Shown here piece by piece: positions 26,798-32,000 of a stretch of 32,000 bases of DNA. The stretch covers positions 210,001 through 242,000 of the forward strand of contig CAWJMG010000003.1 in the NCBI GenBank assembly GCA_963843975.1. The letters are read 5' to 3'. Under the pieces are notes generated by a model. The model made no database searches, was not told the DNA's origin, and saw nothing but the letters and a program-made list of their open reading frames with translations. Each line of letters begins with the position of its first letter. Position 1 is the first letter of the stretch. The translations under genes and the position numbers were made by a program. The DNA comes from an uncultured Actinomycetes bacterium (GTDB lineage: Bacteria; Actinomycetota; Actinomycetes; S36-B12; CAIYMF01).

Positions 26798-26948
26798 GGT
26801 CACGAAGCGCCCTTCAAGGGCACTCCAGCGTCCACAACTTCACGCGTCGCCCCGAAGGGAACTCGGCGCAGGTGCCCTGCACGGATCTTCCCTGAGGGAA
26901 GCAATCGGCAGTTGAACTGCACTGATGCCGCCCAGATTCGTGATCTTG
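26788..26948 (+). repeat. Mosaic intergenic repeat, copy 2 (modules R ... P-Q); the R module overlaps the miaA stop codon
   Basis: See copy 1. The miaA TAG (26795-26797) is the loop of the CCCC-TTA-GGG mini-hairpin of module R. Confidence 0.85.
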
Positions 26949-27038
26949 GTTTACGCCGACGACGCGAGCGCGGCAGGGGCGCGCACGCCGGCCGCGCAGG
27001 CGACCGGCGGCACCGGAGCACGGTGACGTCGGCCGACC

Positions 27039-27815
27039 TCAGGCGACCGGGCGCTCGACGTAGTACTCGGTGCCGAACACCTTCGCGTAGAGCGGCCGCG
27101 GCAGCTTGAGGAAGACCGACAGGGTGCGCGGTCCGCTGTCGGCCGTCGCCTGCGAGGCGTGCGCGGCCATCGACGCGCGCTTGGAGTCGAGGAACCGCGT
27201 GACGTCGACGCGGTGCGTGATGTCGGCCGACGCGGTGAACGCGCGGTCGAACGACGTCGGGTCGAACTCCGGCGGGAAGCGGTACACCTTCGACGCCGCC
27301 TTCACGGCACGAGCCATGAGATCGCGTGGCGCCGTCGCCTCGAACAGCCGCGGCGTGCCCGCCATCGCGGCCGCCAGAGCCCCCACCTCGTGCACGCGCA
27401 CGTGGTCGGGATGGCCGTAGCCGCCGTTGGCGTCGTACGACACGAGCACGTCAGCAGCCTCGGAGCGCAGCACGTCGGCCACCGCGGCCACGACCTCCGC
27501 GACCGGCGCCGCGCACAGCGGCACGAACCCACCCGGTGCGGCGACCGCGTCGCCGTGCAGCCCGGAGTCGGCGTACGGCAGCCACACCACGCGGTGAACG
27601 CACAGCGCCGCGGCCGATGCCTCGAGCTCCGTGCGACGTCGTGCCGCGAGCCCGCCCGCCGACATGTCCGCCGACGCGAGCCCCTCGGCCCCGTCCGTGG
27701 CCACGACCAGCACGACCCGGTTGCCCTCGGCCGCCGCGCGCGCCATCGTCCCGGCGGTCAGCAGCGCCTCGTCGTCCGGGTGCGCGTGCAGGAACACGAG
27801 CGTCTTGGCCGTCAC
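27039..27815 (-). CDS. PIG-L / LmbE family N-acetylglucosaminyl deacetylase
   Basis: VTAKTLVFLHAHPDDEALLTAG...GGYGHPDHVRVHE. GTG 27815 is in frame in track ORF 27039..28343. The upstream part of that ORF is Arg/Pro-rich and looks noncoding. Confidence 0.85.
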   Translation of the reverse strand: MTAKTLVFLHAHPDDEALLTAGTMARAAAEGNRVVLVVATDGAEGLASADMSAGGLAARRRTELEASAAALCVHRVVWLPYADSGLHGDAVAAPGGFVPLCAAPVAEVVAAVADVLRSEAADVLVSYDANGGYGHPDHVRVHEVGALAAAMAGTPRLFEATAPRDLMARAVKAASKVYRFPPEFDPTSFDRAFTASADITHRVDVTRFLDSKRASMAAHASQATADSGPRTLSVFLKLPRPLYAKVFGTEYYVERPVA

Positions 27816-28024
27816 GCCGCCGATCCTGGCAGATCCCGCCGTACGCCGGGCCAGCCAGCGGTACGCCGTCCGCGCTCCGAACGGCCGCAGCCCGCAGCAG
27901 CCGCGTGGGCGCCCCGATGTGGCCAGTGGGGAAGATTCGTTGCCCCTAAGGCGGCCTGCGGCACCCTCATCCGGAATCGGGGGAGGGGGGCGGCGGTGAC
28001 GAGGCGGCGTGGTCGGCCAACCCC

Positions 28025-28052
28025 CACGTGCGCGGGTAGGGTCGCGCACGTG
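28025..28052 (+). promoter_or_regulatory. 10-bp perfect inverted repeat enclosing the SD-like GGGTAGGG and covering the GT4 start codon
   Basis: CACGTGCGCG (28025-28034) / CGCGCACGTG (28043-28052). The GTG start is at 28050-28052. Confidence 0.45.
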
Positions 28053-29201
28053 CGGATCGTCCACATCTCCGACTGCTACCCGCCTCGGCTCGGTGGCATC
28101 GAGACCCAGGTCCGCGCCCTCGCCGTCCGCCAGGCCGCAGCCGGCCACGACGTCCACGTCATCACGGCCACGCCGGGCGAGACCGTGCGCAACGGCACCG
28201 AGATCCTCGACGGCGTCACCGTCCACCGCACCACCTTCAAGCTCCCCGCCGACCTCCCTGTGCACCCACGCGTCAACGCGGTCATCAACGATCTCCTGAA
28301 GCCCGGGGGAGAGGCCGAGAACGCCGACGCCGTTCACGTGCACGGCGGCGTCGTCTCACCGTTCGCCTACCCGGGCATGCGCGTCGCGCGCAAGCTCGGC
28401 CTGCCCACCGTCCTCACCATCCACGGCGTCTGGGGCGGCGTCTTCCAGCCGACCGCGAAGCTCACCGAGGGCGTCCTCAAATGGGCGCAGTGGGGTGTCG
28501 TCCTCACCGCAGTCTCCGACGCGGCCGCCGACCCGATCCGCAGTGTCGTCGGCGCGGGCACCCCGGTCGGGCTCATGCCCAACGGCATCGACGTCGACCA
28601 CTGGCGGGTCAAGCCCGTGGCGGGCGACCCCGACGAGACGCGCCTCATCGCCGTCATGCGCCTCGCCCCGCGCAAGCGCGCGATGGCGCTCGTGCAGATG
28701 GCGCACGGCGCGAGCCGCATGCTGCCCAGCGGCAAGCGCCTACGCCTCACGATCGTCGGCAACGGCCCGATCACCGCGCAGGTGCAGAGGTACGTCGCCA
28801 AGCACCAGCTCACCAGCGGCCGCTTCGTCGTCGACCTGCCCGGCCGCCTCACGCCCGACCAGGTGAAGGCCGCGCTCGCGGCGTCCGACGCGTTCGTCGC
28901 GCCGGCCAAGCTCGAGTCGTTCGGCATCGCGGCCCTCGAGGCGCGTACGGCGGGCCTGCCCGTGCTGGCGTACTCGTCCACCGGCATCCGCACGTTCGTG
29001 CACCACGAGGTCGAGGGCCTGCTCGCGCGCGACGACCGCCAGATGGTCGACAACATCTGCCGCATCGCGTCCGACGTCGCCCTGCGCGAGGCGATCACCG
29101 CGCACAACCGCAGCACCGAGCCCGAGCAGGCCTGGCCGCACGTGCTGGAGCTGGCCGAGGCGGCGTACGCCGAGGCCGCCCAGCAGACCGCCCGCCCCTG
29201 A
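28050..29201 (+). CDS. GT4 family glycosyltransferase (PimA/MshA/PIG-A-like)
   Basis: VRIVHISDCYPPRLGGIETQVRALA...ESFGIAALEARTAGLPVLA (E-x7-E). GTG 28050 is in frame in track ORF 27159..29201. Confidence 0.85.
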   Translation: MRIVHISDCYPPRLGGIETQVRALAVRQAAAGHDVHVITATPGETVRNGTEILDGVTVHRTTFKLPADLPVHPRVNAVINDLLKPGGEAENADAVHVHGGVVSPFAYPGMRVARKLGLPTVLTIHGVWGGVFQPTAKLTEGVLKWAQWGVVLTAVSDAAADPIRSVVGAGTPVGLMPNGIDVDHWRVKPVAGDPDETRLIAVMRLAPRKRAMALVQMAHGASRMLPSGKRLRLTIVGNGPITAQVQRYVAKHQLTSGRFVVDLPGRLTPDQVKAALAASDAFVAPAKLESFGIAALEARTAGLPVLAYSSTGIRTFVHHEVEGLLARDDRQMVDNICRIASDVALREAITAHNRSTEPEQAWPHVLELAEAAYAEAAQQTARP

Positions 29202-29223
29202 TCCGCCGTACGCCCAGCGACAC

Positions 29224-29367
29224 CCGCCGCTCCGCGTAGGTGAGTGCCGAATCCGTCGCAGGGCGCACGCTGGTTACCCGGGTAAGCCGCCGCTCCGGTA
29301 GGTGAGTGCCGAATCCGTCGCAGGGCGCACTGTTGTTACCCGGGTGGTTCGCGGCTCCGCTAGGTGG
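29224..29367 (+). repeat. Tandem direct repeat, period 62-63 bp, about 2.3 copies, ending in the dapF initiation region
   Basis: Units at 29224-29286 and 29287-29349 share exact CCGCCGCTCCG and an exact 33-nt core GTAGGTGAGTGCCGAATCCGTCGCAGGGCGCAC. A partial third copy GCTCCGCTAGGTGG lies at 29354-29367. Unit 1 contains the palindrome TTACCCGGGTAA. Confidence 0.85.
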
Positions 29368-29372
29368 GGGCG

Positions 29373-30284
29373 GTGCTCGACTACGATCCCTGCGTGACCA
29401 GCCACTCCGACGCGCTCGCCGGGCTCGAGGGCCTGGCCGTGCTCAAGGGGCACGGCACCGGCAACGACTTCGTGCTCGTGCCCGACCCGGACGGCGTCCA
29501 CCCGCTCACGGCCGCGCAGGTCCGCGCGCTCGCCGACCGGCACTTCGGCATCGGCGGCGACGGCATCCTGCGCGTGGTGAGGACCGCCGACAGCCCCGAG
29601 GTCGCCGACCAGGCCGGCGACGCGCAGTGGTTCATGGACTACCGCAACGGCGACGGCAGCACCGCCGAGATGTGCGGCAACGGCGCCCGCGTCTTCGCCC
29701 GCTACCTCGTCGACTCCGGCCTCGAGAGCGGTACGTCGTTCAGCATCGCCACCCGCGGCGGCACCCGGGCGGTGCGCATCGAGGCCGACGGCGACGTCTC
29801 GGTCGACATGGGCGTGGCCACCGGCCCGCTGCTGCGAGCGATGCCGGTCGTCAGCATCGGCGACCAGGCGTGGAACGCCACGGCCGTCAACGTGCCCAAC
29901 CCGCACGCCGTCGTCCTCCTCGACGACGACGCCGCAGACCTGCTCGCCGAGCTCGACCTGAGCCGCGCGCCCGACGCCGGTCCGCCCGCGATGTTCCCCG
30001 ACGGCGTCAACGTGGAGTTCGTCGTCCGCGTGGGCCAACCCGGCGCGCGACACGTCCGCATGCGGGTGCACGAGCGTGGGGTCGGTGAGACCCTCAGCTG
30101 CGGCACCGGCGCCTGCGCGGTGATGGTGGCCGCGGCCGGACGCGACCAAGCCCCGACCGAGACCGCCTACACCGTCGACGTTCCCGGAGGAACCGTGGTC
30201 GTGACCCGTCGAGCCGACGAGCACCTCGAGCTGCGCGGACCTGCCGAGATCGTGGCCCGCGCGACCATCACCTCCGCCTCGTGA
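29373..30284 (+). CDS. dapF: Diaminopimelate epimerase DapF
   Basis: KGHGTGNDFVLV, MCGNGARVFA and SCGTGACA (the two catalytic Cys motifs). Start uncertain: GTG 29373 (AGGTGGGGG SD) is preferred, and 29364 and 29394 are also in frame. Confidence 0.93.
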   Translation: MLDYDPCVTSHSDALAGLEGLAVLKGHGTGNDFVLVPDPDGVHPLTAAQVRALADRHFGIGGDGILRVVRTADSPEVADQAGDAQWFMDYRNGDGSTAEMCGNGARVFARYLVDSGLESGTSFSIATRGGTRAVRIEADGDVSVDMGVATGPLLRAMPVVSIGDQAWNATAVNVPNPHAVVLLDDDAADLLAELDLSRAPDAGPPAMFPDGVNVEFVVRVGQPGARHVRMRVHERGVGETLSCGTGACAVMVAAAGRDQAPTETAYTVDVPGGTVVVTRRADEHLELRGPAEIVARATITSAS

Positions 30285-31057
30285 GCGACGAGCAGCGCGA
30301 CGTCGATGTCGACGACGGTCCAGCCTTCGCCGCGGCCGTCGGCAGCTTCGTGAGCGACCTCGGCGGCGGCTTCATGATCTCCAGCCAGGCCAAGGAGTTC
30401 GGCAAGAGCAACGGGCTGCGCGGCCGCCAGGCCTACGTGCTGGGTCGCGGGAGCGTGCTCGGCGACGTCGACGCCGATGTCGTCACGAGCGCGTTCGGCT
30501 TCTGGCCCGCCGACATCGTGCGCGAGTCGTGGGACGCCGGCCGCGCCGTGATGCCGGTCGCGGCTGCTCGCGAGGGCTACAGCGCTGCCTGCCACGACTG
30601 GGGCATCGCGCACTACGCCAGCCTCGACGGTGCCGCGCGCCTCGCCGAGCTGCTCGAGTGGATCGTCGACGGCACCGACGTCGCCGGCCTCCCGCTGTAC
30701 GCCGGATGGCGTGCCGTGCCGCTGCCCGACGACCCGCTCGCGCGCGTCGCCCAGCTCATGCACCTCCTGCGCGAGCACCGGGGAGGCCTGCACATCGTCG
30801 CCGTCGTCGCGTGCGGGCTCACCCCGCTGCAGGCGATCCTCGCCGGCAAGGGCGGCCCCGGGAACGCGACGTTCTTCGGGTGGGAGGAGCCGTTCGAGGA
30901 CTTCAGCGGCCATCTCATCGCGCGGTCCGAGGCCGAGGCGCTCACCGATCGCCTCGTGGCCCCGGCGTACGACGTGCTCGGGCACGACGAGCGCGTCGAG
31001 CTGCTCGACCTCCTGCAGCGCGCGGCAGACGCCGCCTACGGTCCCGACGCGGCCTAG
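30281..31057 (+). CDS. Conserved hypothetical protein (258 aa), possibly SCO6745-family-like
   Basis: Track ORF. GTGA overlap with the dapF stop. The family name is from memory and unverified. Confidence 0.45.
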   Translation: MSDEQRDVDVDDGPAFAAAVGSFVSDLGGGFMISSQAKEFGKSNGLRGRQAYVLGRGSVLGDVDADVVTSAFGFWPADIVRESWDAGRAVMPVAAAREGYSAACHDWGIAHYASLDGAARLAELLEWIVDGTDVAGLPLYAGWRAVPLPDDPLARVAQLMHLLREHRGGLHIVAVVACGLTPLQAILAGKGGPGNATFFGWEEPFEDFSGHLIARSEAEALTDRLVAPAYDVLGHDERVELLDLLQRAADAAYGPDAA

Positions 31058-31059
31058 CC

Positions 31060-32000
31060 ATGTACGACGACGCGCACCGCGCCGCCGATCACGGCAGCCC
31101 CGCCGTGGCCGAGAACGCCTCTGCCGCAACGGCTTCGGCGCCGTCCAAGCGGGGCATCAGGTCGAAGGCCAGCCGCATCGTCGGCATCGACGTCGCGCGC
31201 GGCATCGCGCTGCTCGCCATGGCGGGCACGCACATGCTCCCGGTGCACACGCCGTCCGGGCAGCTCACCATCACCGGCTTCCTGTTCGGTGGCCGCGCCT
31301 CGGCGCTGTTCGCGCTGCTGGCCGGCGTGAGCCTCGCGATCGTCACCGGTGGCAGCACGCCGAAGACGGGACGCGACATGAAGCGCGCCCGGGTCACGAT
31401 CGCCGTGCGCGCCGGCCTCATCGGCGTCATCGGTCTCGTCCTCGCGATGACCGACACGATCGTGGCCGTGATCCTGGCGTACTACGCCATCTACTTCCTG
31501 CTCGCGCTGCCGTTCCTGAAACTGCGCGCCTCGACCCTGCTGTCGCTCGCGATCGTCTGGGGCGTGGTGAGCCCGCAGCTCAGCTTCTGGATCCGCGGCT
31601 TCCTGCCCGACGGCCCCGGCCCGCAGGTCGACCTGATCATGGTCTTCACCGATCCCGTGCCGGCCTTCACGCAGCTCTTCTTCACCGGCTACTACCCGGC
31701 GTTCACGTGGCTCACGTTCATCCTCGCGGGCCTCGCCGTCGGTCGCATGGACCTGCGCGCGAAGGCCACCGCGATCCGCCTCCTGCTGGTCGGAGCGGTC
31801 GTCGCGGTCGCCGCGTGGGCGGCGTCCGGGCTGCTGCTGCAGGTCGTCGGCTTCACCACCGTGTGGCAGACCGAGGAGGGTGCGCGCACGTTCTCGGGCT
31901 GGCACGTCAACAACATCGGCTGGTACGGCACCACGCCGACGGACGATGCGAGCTGGCTCCTGGTGGCCGGGCCGCACAGCGGCACCTCGTTCGACCTCAT
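31060..32000 (+). CDS. Polytopic membrane protein, DUF418/DUF1624 (heparan-alpha-glucosaminide N-acetyltransferase-like) type; 3' end runs off the right edge
   Basis: Own translation from ATG 31060: MYDDAHRAADHG...RIVGIDVARGIALLAMAGTHML...FGGRASALFALLAGVSLAIV... with multiple TM helices. The frame is open to the window end, so it is not in the ORF track. Confidence 0.6.
   Translation, partial: MYDDAHRAADHGSPAVAENASAATASAPSKRGIRSKASRIVGIDVARGIALLAMAGTHMLPVHTPSGQLTITGFLFGGRASALFALLAGVSLAIVTGGSTPKTGRDMKRARVTIAVRAGLIGVIGLVLAMTDTIVAVILAYYAIYFLLALPFLKLRASTLLSLAIVWGVVSPQLSFWIRGFLPDGPGPQVDLIMVFTDPVPAFTQLFFTGYYPAFTWLTFILAGLAVGRMDLRAKATAIRLLLVGAVVAVAAWAASGLLLQVVGFTTVWQTEEGARTFSGWHVNNIGWYGTTPTDDASWLLVAGPHSGTSFDL

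Noticed and set aside
27159-28343. N-terminal extensions of the 680-aa plus ORF and the 434-aa minus ORF
   Set aside because: They overlap each other and the opposite-strand gene. They are Arg/Pro-rich. Conserved family N-termini begin at GTG 28050 (GT4) and GTG 27815 (PIG-L).
29236-29310. AGGTGAGT motifs in each repeat unit as functional ribosome-binding sites, mini-ORFs or splice-like sites
   Set aside because: The only nearby start (GTG immediately after AGGTGA) has no spacing from the SD. It would give a 13-aa peptide that is not preserved between units. The splice-site resemblance is coincidental in a bacterium.
29224-29367. Possible CRISPR array
   Set aside because: There are only about 2.3 directly abutting copies with no spacers and no cas genes. 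It is a simple tandem duplication.

Overview
Very GC-rich Actinomycetota chromosomal segment. I cannot assign a genus, and GC content was judged by eye, not computed. It is mostly core housekeeping synteny. Gene order: lhr (partial), then an ABC-2 exporter (ATPase and permease, each with a 1-nt frameshift) divergent from a NarL-type two-component system plus a small membrane ORF. Next come a MarR/DHA2-MFS operon, DUF3046-recA-recX with a perfect LexA box, and a MarR-like regulator divergent from an MMPL transporter. These are followed by a VOC protein, an AT3+SGNH acyltransferase, rny, a PAP2 phosphatase, a small TfoX-like ORF and miaB. Four small poorly characterised genes sit between miaB and miaA. 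After miaA come a divergent PIG-L deacetylase/GT4 glycosyltransferase pair, dapF, an unknown protein coupled to dapF, and a partial DUF418/DUF1624-like membrane protein. I saw no rRNA, tRNA, CRISPR array, transposase or integrase, and no convincing novel multi-gene (for example defence) system. The unusual signals are noncoding: (1) two perfect inverted repeats interleaved in pseudoknot order downstream of rny; (2) a mosaic three-module repeat family found after both miaB and miaA in permuted order, with substitutions mostly at palindrome loop positions; (3) a 62-63 bp tandem repeat that duplicates the dapF initiation region; (4) a three-segment alternative hairpin between mmpL and the VOC gene. 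Most long ORFs in the six-frame track are antisense or off-frame artefacts of high GC. All homology calls come from my own motif recognition. No database search was run.
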